Below the pieces are notes generated by a model, which had not been told where the DNA came from, made no database searches, and worked only from the letters and a program-made list of their open reading frames with translations. From Elusimicrobia bacterium RIFOXYA2_FULL_47_53 (GTDB lineage: Bacteria > Elusimicrobiota > Endomicrobiia > Endomicrobiales > XYA2-FULL-47-53), in assembly GCA_001800315.1 (NCBI GenBank), contig MGVE01000009.1:11295-75294 (forward strand): a stretch of 64,000 nucleotides of DNA. Reading direction: 5' to 3'. Positions 29,300 through 40,100 of this stretch are shown piece by piece (position 1 is the stretch's first letter; each line of letters opens with the position of its first letter). The position numbers and the translations under genes were made by a program.

Positions 29300-30643
29300 T
29301 TACGCTCTTTTAAGGTAAACGACTGTCTCTACATGAAAGGTCTGGGGGAACATGTCCACCGGGACAATTTTGACGACCTCGTACCTGCCGCCAAGACAGA
29401 TAGCTTTGAGGTCTCTGGCAAGGGTGGACGGATTGCATGAAACATATACTATCTTGGCGGGCGCCTCAGCCGTTATAAACTCAATAATTTTGGGGGTCAA
29501 TCCGCTCCTGGGCGGATCAACCACCAGCGAATCAAACTCCAGCTCTTTGTTCAGCTTTACCCAGTTTTCAACGCTCCCTTCAACAAACTCAATATTTTCA
29601 ATTTTATTTAAAAGGCTGTTCTCGCGGGCGTTTTTTACGGCATCGGGAATTTGTTCCACGCCGTAGACGCGGCCGGTGCAGGGAGCCAGGACAAGTCCGA
29701 TTGTCCCCGTTCCGCAATAGAGGTCCAGCACCCGGTCGGTTTTTGCCCACGGCGCGATGTCAACAACCGTTTCATATAATTTTTCGCAGGCGTATGTGTT
29801 TGTCTGAAAAAATGAGAAGGGCGAAATATTAAATCCGTATTCTCTGTTTTTTACTATCAGCTTTTCATGGATTACCGGAGCGCCGGAGAGAAGCGTCAGC
29901 TCATCGGCGTAAACCGCGTCTGAGGGCCTGGAATTAACGGTCCAATAAACGCTGGCCGCCTTGTTCCCGAGCTCTTTAACCAGTGGAGCGAAGAATTCCG
30001 CGGAAACGGCGCCATCTTTATTTGTGACGATATTTACAAGAACCTCGGAACTTCTTTTTGCTTTCCGCAAAACGAGATGGCGGTAGAAACCCGACTGCAG
30101 CTTCTTATCGTAAACCGGTTTGCCGGAATTTTGGGCGAAGTCCATAACCGTATCAAATACGGACATCGTGTCTTTGTCGGCTATAAAACAGGGCGGAACC
30201 GGCACATAGCGGTTGAATTCTTTTTTAACATGCAGGCCCGCGAGGAGCCGACCGTCCTGGGCGAAAAAGCTGAACTCCATTTTATTCCTGTAGCCGAGCT
30301 CTTCCGGGCTCGGCACCGTGGCGCCTATCAGGGGCTCGTACTCTTTGAGCTGTTCGCATACATAGCTCCGCTTTATTTCAAGCTGGTTGGCATACCCCGT
30401 ATGCTGAAACGAACAGCCTCCGCAGAACCCGAACGAGGGGCAGACCGGGGCCCGCCTTATGGGCGAAGCGCTTAAAACCGAAAGCAGGATTGCTTCCTTG
30501 AAAGACTTCTTACTTTTAATAATTTTTACTTCCGCGGTTTCTCCCGGCAGGGCGCCGTCAAAGAAAACAGCCGTGCCGTCTTCTCCGCGCGCGAGCGCTT
30601 TACCCGGGTAAACAATTTTTTCCACTTTAACGGTTGATTTCAT
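29300..30643 (-). CDS. rlmD: 23S rRNA (uracil-C5)-methyltransferase RlmD/RumA family
   Basis: 447 aa. TRAM-like N-terminus, Fe-S cysteines CPSFGFCGGCSFQH, SAM motif DLYCGTGTIG, catalytic VSCNP. Confidence 0.88.
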   Translation of the reverse strand: MKSTVKVEKIVYPGKALARGEDGTAVFFDGALPGETAEVKIIKSKKSFKEAILLSVLSASPIRRAPVCPSFGFCGGCSFQHTGYANQLEIKRSYVCEQLKEYEPLIGATVPSPEELGYRNKMEFSFFAQDGRLLAGLHVKKEFNRYVPVPPCFIADKDTMSVFDTVMDFAQNSGKPVYDKKLQSGFYRHLVLRKAKRSSEVLVNIVTNKDGAVSAEFFAPLVKELGNKAASVYWTVNSRPSDAVYADELTLLSGAPVIHEKLIVKNREYGFNISPFSFFQTNTYACEKLYETVVDIAPWAKTDRVLDLYCGTGTIGLVLAPCTGRVYGVEQIPDAVKNARENSLLNKIENIEFVEGSVENWVKLNKELEFDSLVVDPPRSGLTPKIIEFITAEAPAKIVYVSCNPSTLARDLKAICLGGRYEVVKIVPVDMFPQTFHVETVVYLKRA

Positions 30644-30659
30644 TTATTTTTCCGGAAGG

Positions 30660-32942
30660 TTACTCAAAATTGAAGTTGCCGCCCGCCAAAACCTTGAGGC
30701 AGGCGTCCACCACTAAGGTATCGTAATACGAACCCCTGCGGGCGGTAATTTCTTCTATGGCCTTTTCCATGCCGAGGTTAGCCCTGTAAGGCCTGTGAAA
30801 CGCCATGGCTTCAACGACATCCGCCACGCCGATAATACGCGCTTCAAGCAAAATATCGTCTCCGGAAAGGCCCAGCGGGTATCCGGTGCCGTCTATCCGT
30901 TCGTGATGCTGAAGGACTATCTGCGCGACAGGCCAGGTGAAGGGAATTGTTTTAAGAATGTCATAACCCACTTTGGGGTGAATTTTTATAAGGCCCATTT
31001 CCAGATCCATGAGCTTTCCTGGCTTATTTAAAATTTCGGCGGGCACATATATCTTGCCGATATCGTGGAGCGTCGCGGAGACGCGTATTCCGTCAATCTT
31101 ATCCTGGGGCAGTTTCATTTCCCTTGCTATCGCGCAGGCCAGAAGCATCACCCTGTGCTGATGCCCCGCCGTGTAGGAATCCCTTTTCTCGGCTGTGGAG
31201 GCGAGGGCGTTTACGGTTTCCTCAAGAGTAATCTGCAGTTTTTTAAAACTTTTCTCAAGCTCTTCCTCAGCTTTTTTGTGCTCGGTTATATCCTTCATGG
31301 TTTCTATTGAGGCTATAAGCTCGCCCCTGGTGTTGTAAACGGGCGCCGCGTCAAAAACGATATACCTTTCCCTGCCGCCGAGATTTTTGAACCACTCCTC
31401 GCTATGAAGCCCCTCGGCCAGCACATCCGATCTTTCATAGCTCATATGGTAGCCGTCGGCGTCGCCGCTTTTTCCGTCAATGATAAGGTCCGCCAGCAGC
31501 GGCCTCTTCTGCGGATAAAATGCCTTCCAGTGCAGGTCGGTATTTACCATGCCGTGGTCGCCGGAACCGGTAAGTTTTTCGCAGGCCTTGTTCCATATTA
31601 TTACTTTATGGTTCGCGTCCAGCACGAAGGCCGGAGTAGTGGAGCTCTGGATAAGTTTCGCGGAGAACTCCTTCTGTTCCAGGATGTCCTCTTCGGATTT
31701 TACGCGCTCGGTCATATCCACCATCGTTGTTCTGATACCCACGACCTCGCCTTTTATGTCGCGGTCAAGGGCGTCGTCTATGGAAACATATATTTTTGTG
31801 CCGTCTTTCTTAATGTAAACCCTGTTTTCCGACTTGCCGAACTGCCTGCCGGTGAGCTTCATCTGGAACCGCTCCCTGGCTTTTTCGCGCTGTTCAGGGA
31901 GAATAAAATCAAAAATATGTTTTCCCACCATCTCTTCGGGTTTATAGCCCAGCAATTTGCTCTCGGTCTGATTAACCCTGGTGATAACACCGTTTGAGTC
32001 AAGCGTATGGTAGGCGATAGGAGCGTTATCCCACAATTCTTTTAATCGTTCCTCGCTCTCCAGCAGAGCCCTGGATGTTGAATTCCGCTCAGTTATGTCT
32101 ATCAGCGAAACAAGGCTTCTTTTCGTGCCGGGTATCATGGTAACCGTAAGAAAAGTGTCGCGGACCGCTCCGTTTTTTGCCACAAAATGAGTTTCGTAAT
32201 TCCTCGGAGCGCTGCCAGGGTCCGTCCTCCTGGCCGCGTGGAAGCCCTTCATTTTTTCCAGATCGTCTTTGTGTATTATAGCGGTCCAGCTGATTTTACC
32301 TTCTATCTCGTTTTTCGTGTACCCGGAAAACTTCTCAAACTCGGCGTTTATAAGCGAGATTGTCGTGTCTTCTTCCACTATGGCCATCGCCGTTCCGGTA
32401 CTCTCAAAAAACGCCCTGTATTTCGCTTCGGAATCCTTTATGGTTTTCTCGGCGAGTTTTTGAAAAGTTATGTCTTCTCCGGAACTCAGGGTGCCGGCCG
32501 GCTGTCCGTTTTTGTCCTTGAGCAGGGAGACATACCAGGCGATATTCTTGCGCTCTCCGTTTTTACACAGCACGGGAAACTCAACATACTCGTTCGGCTT
32601 AAGGTCGCCGGAAATTATCATACGGAAAACCGACCTCGCCTCGGGCCTGACATCTTCCGGTATAAATGTTTCAAACCAGTTTTTGCCCAGGATTTCTTTT
32701 TCGCCGAGCCCTAATATTTCACTGCCTTTGCGGTTAATAAGGCTGACCGCCTCGTTTTTATCTATGGCAAGCAGAATCACGCTCGCGACATCAAGGTATC
32801 TCTGCGTTCTGTCTCTTTCCTGGCGCAGTTCTTCCTCAACGCGCTCGTGCCTGCCCTCAAGCTCTTCAAGCTCGGCAACGCGGGCCTTAAGCCGTTTGAT
32901 CTCTTCCTGCTGTTTGTCCTTTGCGGGTTTTTCGTTTTTCAT
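30660..32942 (-). CDS. Multi-PAS sensor with C-terminal HD-GYP phosphodiesterase
   Basis: 760 aa. N-terminal coiled coil, several PAS/PAC-like repeats, then TLHDIGK and QHHERIDGTGYPLG. Confidence 0.88.
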   Translation of the reverse strand: MKNEKPAKDKQQEEIKRLKARVAELEELEGRHERVEEELRQERDRTQRYLDVASVILLAIDKNEAVSLINRKGSEILGLGEKEILGKNWFETFIPEDVRPEARSVFRMIISGDLKPNEYVEFPVLCKNGERKNIAWYVSLLKDKNGQPAGTLSSGEDITFQKLAEKTIKDSEAKYRAFFESTGTAMAIVEEDTTISLINAEFEKFSGYTKNEIEGKISWTAIIHKDDLEKMKGFHAARRTDPGSAPRNYETHFVAKNGAVRDTFLTVTMIPGTKRSLVSLIDITERNSTSRALLESEERLKELWDNAPIAYHTLDSNGVITRVNQTESKLLGYKPEEMVGKHIFDFILPEQREKARERFQMKLTGRQFGKSENRVYIKKDGTKIYVSIDDALDRDIKGEVVGIRTTMVDMTERVKSEEDILEQKEFSAKLIQSSTTPAFVLDANHKVIIWNKACEKLTGSGDHGMVNTDLHWKAFYPQKRPLLADLIIDGKSGDADGYHMSYERSDVLAEGLHSEEWFKNLGGRERYIVFDAAPVYNTRGELIASIETMKDITEHKKAEEELEKSFKKLQITLEETVNALASTAEKRDSYTAGHQHRVMLLACAIAREMKLPQDKIDGIRVSATLHDIGKIYVPAEILNKPGKLMDLEMGLIKIHPKVGYDILKTIPFTWPVAQIVLQHHERIDGTGYPLGLSGDDILLEARIIGVADVVEAMAFHRPYRANLGMEKAIEEITARRGSYYDTLVVDACLKVLAGGNFNFE

Positions 32943-33140
32943 GTTTTTGTTCCGTCACTGATTATACGAAAATAATCTCATAACCTCAAGCCGCGCGCTA
33001 TGAATCAGCGGGATGTCCCACCTAAGCACTGTTTAATAAAAAACTGCATAACAGCAAGAATTATTTAAATGGCCGCCAAAATCATATAAACAGAACTGCT
33101 CTAATGCAATTTCCAGTAAATATGCCTTATTATTCAAGCC

Positions 33141-35858
33141 CTATTTTATTATAGCGATTTTCCCTATTTTCTTCTGGGCGCGGTTGTCCGGGTTGACTAT
33201 ATAATAAATATATACACCGGAGGCGACCTTCTCCCCACTATTATTTTGTGCGTTCCAGACTACAAGGCCGTCGCCGTCAGCTTCGCTGAATTCCGCGACA
33301 AGTTCGCCGGCGATATTGAATATATTTATATCGGCTTTTGCGGTTAGGTCCTTAAATACTATTCCGGCGCCATATGAGGTCCTGTCAAATTCTCCCCCGC
33401 TGCCAGGCTTGTAAGGGTTCGGAAAGACCTTAACATTATCCAGATCGGAGGAAGGCGCAATTACGCTTACAAGAGCGAACATTGAAAAATGGTTTATCTG
33501 CACCGAAACAGTCTTTGCGGCTTTGTCCAACGCGTATTCGGGTGATACTTGTACCCATTCCTGGCTTGCTTCATCAAAATTTAATATCCTTAAACCCTCT
33601 GCGCGCACGGGTGGTGCGGTATTGTCTATAATCTCATTATTGTCTGTGTCAGGATAGGCAAGCGTAAGCGTCATAGGTTTGTTGAATACAGAGACAGTTG
33701 AGCCGCCGATGTCGTAGTACTTCAGGTCAACGATGGAATCTTCCATCAAAATCTTATTCTTCAGCTTTAACTTATCAGCGCCAACTACAAGCTTTGCTCT
33801 CATTGCGGGTGCCGCGCTGTTTTTGGCATTTGCGTCAATTATTATATAGCCGTCGCAGGGAACCGCCCCTTCCGGAAGCAATACCTTAACCTCGCCAAAT
33901 GAAAGGTTGTCGGCTTTCTGTTCCTGCTGGCCTGATGTATTCGCGTGAATGAGCGTTATACCTGCAGGCAGCGGCTGGGTCCCGGCAGTTGCATATACAT
34001 TGCCGGTATCAATCCCGCTGATATTATAGGCGCAAATTGAATACTGATAAGTCGTGGCAAGCGATAACCCCGAATTACAATAAGTGTTAACATCCTGTTC
34101 TAAATCTGCCACAGCTGACCAAGTTGAGCCATCCATAGTTCGCTTTATCTTATAACCAGCAGCCGCACTTTTATCCCAGCTTAAAACAACACAGTGCCTG
34201 CCGTCAGTTGAGGTTTTGAAATTCGCAGGCGCTTGAGCCAGCGTAACAGCTTCCATCTGCGCTGCTGTTCCCTGTCCGTAATCGTTGTAAGGCTTAATAT
34301 ATCGCTGGTATTTTGTGTTTGGCGTAAGGCCGGACTCAAGCCAGGAAGTAGTGGCCTTATCCAGCTCCTGAAGCAGTGTATTGTCAGCTTTTGAGAATAT
34401 GCGGTATCCGCTAACCACGGCGGCATCGGTACTGTTCCATACCCAGGTTACGCTTGCGTCAGTCGCAAGCACAGCAGAAGCGCCGGATATCTCAGGAAAT
34501 GGTATGGGCGAAGTTACATCAAGCGATGCAGATGTGTTTGATGGCAGGTAATAGTAGCCGTCGCCGGCATATTCTACGGAAATATTGAATATATTCTGGT
34601 CAAGGTGTATCTCGGGATAAACTGTTGCTGTGCCGCTGCTGTTTGTTATGGCGGTATAGGATGTGTTGTTTATGGTAAATACTATTACCTGGTTGGCAAG
34701 TTCAGCTGAATCAAGCTTGGTAAGCGTTGCCTTAAATATCGCGGTTTCATGCTGCGGTACGGTAGTATCACCGGAATAGACAAGTTGTGTCTGGTTTGGC
34801 ACTACAGATACAATAGAGTTGGTTCTCGTTTCTTCCGGTACGCTTGGAAAATATACGGTTGCGTAATTTGTAATAGACGCTCCTGAAGCCATGCTCCCCT
34901 TTGCCGAAACAGTAATATCAAATTTTCCGCCTTGCCTTGAGCCGACCTCGCCTTCGTTATCCATATATACCGTTAAAAGCCGGGTATCGTCATCGTACTC
35001 ATACTCAAAAGTCGCGGCAGTTTCGGAACTTGTAAGGTAGTTTATGCGTTTGCAGTTGGAAACGATAACAGAAGAATCATCAATGTCCGTATCCAAAATA
35101 TCCGCAACATACACGCCATAGGCGATGCCTTCCCCTTCGTTTTCAAATTCCACGGTATAGGTGAGCGTCTGACCTGCAGAAATGCTGCCGTCAGGGCCGT
35201 ACATTATGTTAGGGTCGTGGGCAACACCAATAATACCAAGTATTTTTTTCCATATTTCGTCTTTCCCGTCACATTCATCTTTATTTTTATCTCTATTACT
35301 AAATATCTTTTCAAGATCCACTTCTTCACCATTATGGGTTACATGTATATCCAAATGAGAACCATCGCCATGTTCCGAGTACACACTTCCCGTATTTCCC
35401 ATCTCTGCAATTTGTGCGCCGCCAACAACCTCACTATCCCTCGATGGCAAGATACTATTATATTTTAAATGCCTGTATGATGATTTCCAGCCTCCGCCAT
35501 GATTAATATCAATATAATTCCCTTGCGCACGTTTTTTTGCATCATTTACTCCAGCATAGTTCGGATTAGTATACACGGTAGATTTATCCTCATCATTATC
35601 TAAATCATTTACAACCTCTTCCACAATACCATCTCCAAGAGAATATACTGGATCAGTAATAATACCATCAATATCCGTTGACCCATGTATTTTATTCTCA
35701 TGATTTACCCTTGGTTCATTAAAGCCACTTGTTATTTGATGATTAGAACCCCTATCTGTAGGCCAAAACACTTCAAAATCAGGCTGTGGAATATTCCCAG
35801 CAAAAAGAATTGAAGCTGGAATAATCATTAGAACAAAAAGCACTATTTTGTTTTTCAT
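33141..35858 (-). CDS. Secreted M23 peptidase with CARDB/DUF11-like, Ig-like and two FN3 domains and a T9SS-type (FlgD-Ig-like) C-terminal domain
   Basis: 905 aa. Signal peptide; M23 motifs HGSTDID (HxxxD) and SHLDIHV (HxH); FN3-like WVWNS...GYRIF and LSWDKS...GYKIKR; C-terminus VFPNPYKPG...INIFNIAGELV...ASGVYIYYIV...GKIAIIK. Confidence 0.8.
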   Translation of the reverse strand: MKNKIVLFVLMIIPASILFAGNIPQPDFEVFWPTDRGSNHQITSGFNEPRVNHENKIHGSTDIDGIITDPVYSLGDGIVEEVVNDLDNDEDKSTVYTNPNYAGVNDAKKRAQGNYIDINHGGGWKSSYRHLKYNSILPSRDSEVVGGAQIAEMGNTGSVYSEHGDGSHLDIHVTHNGEEVDLEKIFSNRDKNKDECDGKDEIWKKILGIIGVAHDPNIMYGPDGSISAGQTLTYTVEFENEGEGIAYGVYVADILDTDIDDSSVIVSNCKRINYLTSSETAATFEYEYDDDTRLLTVYMDNEGEVGSRQGGKFDITVSAKGSMASGASITNYATVYFPSVPEETRTNSIVSVVPNQTQLVYSGDTTVPQHETAIFKATLTKLDSAELANQVIVFTINNTSYTAITNSSGTATVYPEIHLDQNIFNISVEYAGDGYYYLPSNTSASLDVTSPIPFPEISGASAVLATDASVTWVWNSTDAAVVSGYRIFSKADNTLLQELDKATTSWLESGLTPNTKYQRYIKPYNDYGQGTAAQMEAVTLAQAPANFKTSTDGRHCVVLSWDKSAAAGYKIKRTMDGSTWSAVADLEQDVNTYCNSGLSLATTYQYSICAYNISGIDTGNVYATAGTQPLPAGITLIHANTSGQQEQKADNLSFGEVKVLLPEGAVPCDGYIIIDANAKNSAAPAMRAKLVVGADKLKLKNKILMEDSIVDLKYYDIGGSTVSVFNKPMTLTLAYPDTDNNEIIDNTAPPVRAEGLRILNFDEASQEWVQVSPEYALDKAAKTVSVQINHFSMFALVSVIAPSSDLDNVKVFPNPYKPGSGGEFDRTSYGAGIVFKDLTAKADINIFNIAGELVAEFSEADGDGLVVWNAQNNSGEKVASGVYIYYIVNPDNRAQKKIGKIAIIK

Positions 35859-35874
35859 AAGACCTATTTACTTA

Positions 35875-37179
35875 TTAATAAGCTCCATTAATATAAAACA
35901 ATTTACTCCTATTTTGATTAAAAGCGGTCTCGTAAGTAATAATTGAAGAACCATTGTCTGATGATTGAAAAACGCTACACAATCCAGCAAGATTTACCGA
36001 CCATATTTCCTCTCCACTTATATCGTACATTTCAATAACACTGCCTACGCTCTTAGATTTTACTGGATACTTTAACACAACAACATTTTTATCTTCTAAT
36101 GTTAAGAGATAATTGCCATTTATTTCATACCTAAAATCATTGTTATCAATTTTAGTCAAAATGCTTTCATTTTTATTTAGAATCAATATCTTCTCATTTA
36201 CCCCTCTTTTATCAATATTTTTATTTGCTTCAAATGATGTAAGATAATGTTTTCCCAGTCTATAACGAGTTTCATCAATCGGAGAAATAAAAGTTTCTCC
36301 TTTAAAATATGTCTTCTTTTTTTTCGATGTTTTTTCAACCAATATTCTCTTTTTGCCAATTTCGTATACTCTAAACACCCATTCCCGAGAATGCAGTTTT
36401 GGGGAGTCAAATATTGAACTGTCTATACTTGACAGATAGTTACCATTTACTTCGGAAATAATTCCAGCAACACTCATCACAACGCTTTTATCAATTGCAT
36501 ACAAATCACTATCTTTGATTATATATCGCCCATCTTTTGACATCCATGCCTGACTCTTAACATCTTTCCTATTTATTTTCCATAAAATATCACCTTTTGA
36601 ATTTAATAAATAATAATCGTCTTTCGGATCGCCAGATTCAGCAAGAACAGGGCTAATAAATATGTGTTTTCCATCCGGCGAAATAGCAGGATTACCCATT
36701 AAATCCAAAGACCACAACAAATCACCTTTTTCAGTAAAGAATAGTACTTTCCTTACATATCTTTCATCAAATATTTTCATTGACTTTTCTTCAACACTTC
36801 CAACCATTCTTGATTCTTGGACAATCTCACTCACTGTACATGCAACATATGCACCGTTTTTACTTATGACTGCATTGCTAATTACATAAACACCAGTCGA
36901 GTTTTTGTACTCAAATTCCCAAAGAACATTGCGATGACTATCCATTGCAATCAATTTACTACCGAAATAAGTGTTTTTCGTGCCACTATAATACATATCA
37001 TCTTTTATTGAATTAAATTGAGGTTCTATTGACACAAGGATCTTTGTTCCATCGCCACTAATTCCCATGGCATTAATTCGCGAAGGAAATTCTTTTTCCC
37101 ACAATATCCTCTCCGCAGAAAAAGCGCAAAAAGGCATACCAAAAATAAACACAAACAGTAAAAACGATTTCATTTTCAT
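35875..37179 (-). CDS. Secreted beta-propeller-like repeat protein (PQQ/BamB- or TolB-like repeats), uncharacterised
   Basis: 434 aa. Signal peptide ...FCAFSA and repeated S.DG..I / GD.LW motifs (ISGDGTKILVS, ISKNGAYVAC, ISPDGKHIFIS, MSKDGRYIIK). SD AGAGGAG. Very AT-rich. Confidence 0.55.
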   Translation of the reverse strand: MKMKSFLLFVFIFGMPFCAFSAERILWEKEFPSRINAMGISGDGTKILVSIEPQFNSIKDDMYYSGTKNTYFGSKLIAMDSHRNVLWEFEYKNSTGVYVISNAVISKNGAYVACTVSEIVQESRMVGSVEEKSMKIFDERYVRKVLFFTEKGDLLWSLDLMGNPAISPDGKHIFISPVLAESGDPKDDYYLLNSKGDILWKINRKDVKSQAWMSKDGRYIIKDSDLYAIDKSVVMSVAGIISEVNGNYLSSIDSSIFDSPKLHSREWVFRVYEIGKKRILVEKTSKKKKTYFKGETFISPIDETRYRLGKHYLTSFEANKNIDKRGVNEKILILNKNESILTKIDNNDFRYEINGNYLLTLEDKNVVVLKYPVKSKSVGSVIEMYDISGEEIWSVNLAGLCSVFQSSDNGSSIITYETAFNQNRSKLFYINGAY

Positions 37180-37191
37180 TAAAAACTCCTC

Positions 37192-40100
37192 TTAATCATG
37201 ATCTCCATCTGGATTATATGTTGGGAAAATGCCATCAGCAGCATCATTATCAAGCAGATATAAATCTGCGCTCAAAGGAGTTCCTTGAGGCAGACCCCAT
37301 AAGATTTTAAATTTTCCATTCAATTTTTTAACAGACTTTGCATCTATTAAGGATATATTCCACCGAACTACAGGACTAGAATAATAGTTATCATTTTCAT
37401 CCCAACAAGACAGATCATATTTTTTATGCTCACCTGAAGCTGCAATATAGGTACATTTTACTGGTGGGAATAGAACTATACTTTTGTTTGTTGCGGCAGC
37501 CAATCCATTATTCTTCACCTCAATAGTATAGGTAACTGTCTGTCCGGGGCTTGCGGCGCCGGGTCCAAACAGTTCAACTTCTATATCAGGTTGAGGCGAT
37601 TCGCCTATATCCAGTTTAGTCACGACAAACCACATGGATTTGGTTGTGCTGTTTTTCAATAATCCTGAAGCTGTGCCGAACATGGGGTTGTCCAGCATCA
37701 GCTTTAGCGTTATCTCTTCAGCGCTTATGGCATCGGCAAAGCCCCAACCCATGCCCGATAATCCGCCCCACTGGTAAGACAAAATAGTGAAGCCGTCCTT
37801 ATCGTATATATTGCCGGTATCGTTTATATAAACATTGGTCAGGATAGTTTTAATATTGCCCGTATATCCTCCGGCAAGCGTGCCCTGCGCCGATGTCTGC
37901 AGGAAGTTTAGTCCTGTATTTGCATATTCCTGCTGGCTATCATAGGTTAAGGAACCAACGAGGCGCAGCCTCCCGCTTGAAATGCTTCCGCCGCCCGTTG
38001 TATTAACACGGAACGACCATGTGGCAGCCAGTGTGTCGTAGGTGTTGCTGTTTGCTAAAGATTCCAAGAGGCAGCCGTCAAACGAACCGTCCACAACGCC
38101 TTCCATAACGCCTTTCAAATAGAGTTTTCTTTCAGTTGTGTTCAGATACGCCATACCATAGATTTGGCCCTGATAATTTACCCCGTCTAAAGTCCCGCTC
38201 CACGCGCCTTTATAGAAGCCCTTGTCCTTGTAGCCGCCGGTATTTATGGTAACTATAGCTATTGTGGATATATTTATACTCCCTGATAAAGTGCCACTTG
38301 CGGTAAGCGAGCCTTTTGCGGTTTTCACCAATATGGTTTCGGTAAGCTGTGATGTTGAAACATGTCCTACGGCTGAATTAGATATGCCGCTTGGCGAATC
38401 GGCTGAAACTGTAGGTACCATCTTCGTGCCAGCTTCGGCCTCAGGGTTGCCGCCGGTGCCTGCGGTAGTATTGATTGAACCTGAATAGGTTGAATTGTTA
38501 TAAAACACAGCTATCCTGCCGCCTGCACCACCTCCGGCAGAACTACCGGTATCGCCGTTGCCGCCGTTCGCGTTTATTACCCCGCTTCCAGCAAACTGAT
38601 CCGCAATAATATATATGCTTCCACCGCTTCCTCCACCACCGCCATTAGAACCTGAATGATAACCGCTAAAACCATTGGCGTTTATTGCGCCATCGTTTGT
38701 AAGAGTACCGTCAACTGTAAGTTTTACCTTGCCACCACCGGCGCCACCTAAAGCAAGACCGTTGCCGACACCGCCGCCTGAACCGAGATAGCTCGGACTC
38801 ATCATACTTCCGTAAGAGAGGCCGCCTGCTCCGCTTGATGTGCCTCCGTTTCCGCCGTAACCGCCGCCCGCACCGTCTATACCGGCTGTACCGCCACCTG
38901 CGCCTTCGCCGTTAGAATATGTAACACCGTCGCCGCCATGATATCCCATGCCGTTCACATTTATCTGGCCGCCGGAATTTATTGTAAGGTTACCGTTGAC
39001 TGTAATATCAAATTCCGGGTCTGCTGCTGAGTGGCTCACAAGACCGCCGGAATATACAGTCATATTATTCACCGTTAGCCCCGAGTTAACATAAAGCACC
39101 CCTGATGAGTTTATGCTTGCCGCGCCGGTTATATTGAACTGACCTGCGCCTATATATATAGTCGCACCGTTTGAAAGGTTCAGGTCTGCTATGGATGAAG
39201 TGCCGGAACTGTAAAATATGCCGTTGTTGTCAAGGTTAAGCGCCGACGCGGTAAGCGTTGAAGTGGATTGGAGCACGCATTTATTTTCAGCGATAATATT
39301 GTCAAATTGGCCGCAAAGATAAGTGATGCCGCCTATTTTGTTGTTATTATTTACAAACACATCGCCGTAGGATTGTGATGTGCTTTTTTTGTATATCGTA
39401 CCCGCGCCGCCGCGGTTGGCATCGTTATTACCGCTGTATGCTGAAATAGCATAAGCTGAATTGTCCGTCGTGTAATACAGCGCTATCCTGCCGCCAGCTC
39501 CGCCGCCATTGTAAGTATCTCCACCAGGCCCGCCGTTAGCTTTGATACTACCATCCCCGCTTAGAGTGTTAGCTAAAATATATACGCAGCCGCCAGAACC
39601 GCCACCGCCATAACCGGGGAAGTTTGCTCCGCCGTTTGCACCGTTTGCGGTAATTATTCCACTATTAAATATTTCGCCAGTTGCAACTATCTTTATTCTG
39701 CCGCCGCCTGCTCCCCCGCCGGCATTACCGCTTCCAACACCGCCACCGGATCCAAAATCAGTTGGATTTGCAATACTTCCATAAGATATTCCACCATAGC
39801 CGTAGGCTTCCCATGAGCGGTAAATACCTATACCTCCGACACCTCCATAACCTGCCCCACCGGCACAAGTTGCTGCAGTTCCACCGCCAGAGCCTTCACC
39901 ATTAATTATTGAAGACCCGTTGCCGCCCCGATACCCTGCGCCGTCAGCACTTATTTTACCAGTTGCACTTATTGTTATTGAGGAGCATATGAGTTCAAGC
40001 CAGCCGCTTGTGCCAGAACCGATATAAGAACGGACATTTAAGGTGCCGTCAATCTGTACAAAGCTCGCATAGGTATGGGTTCCGCTTGAAGTGTAGGTTT

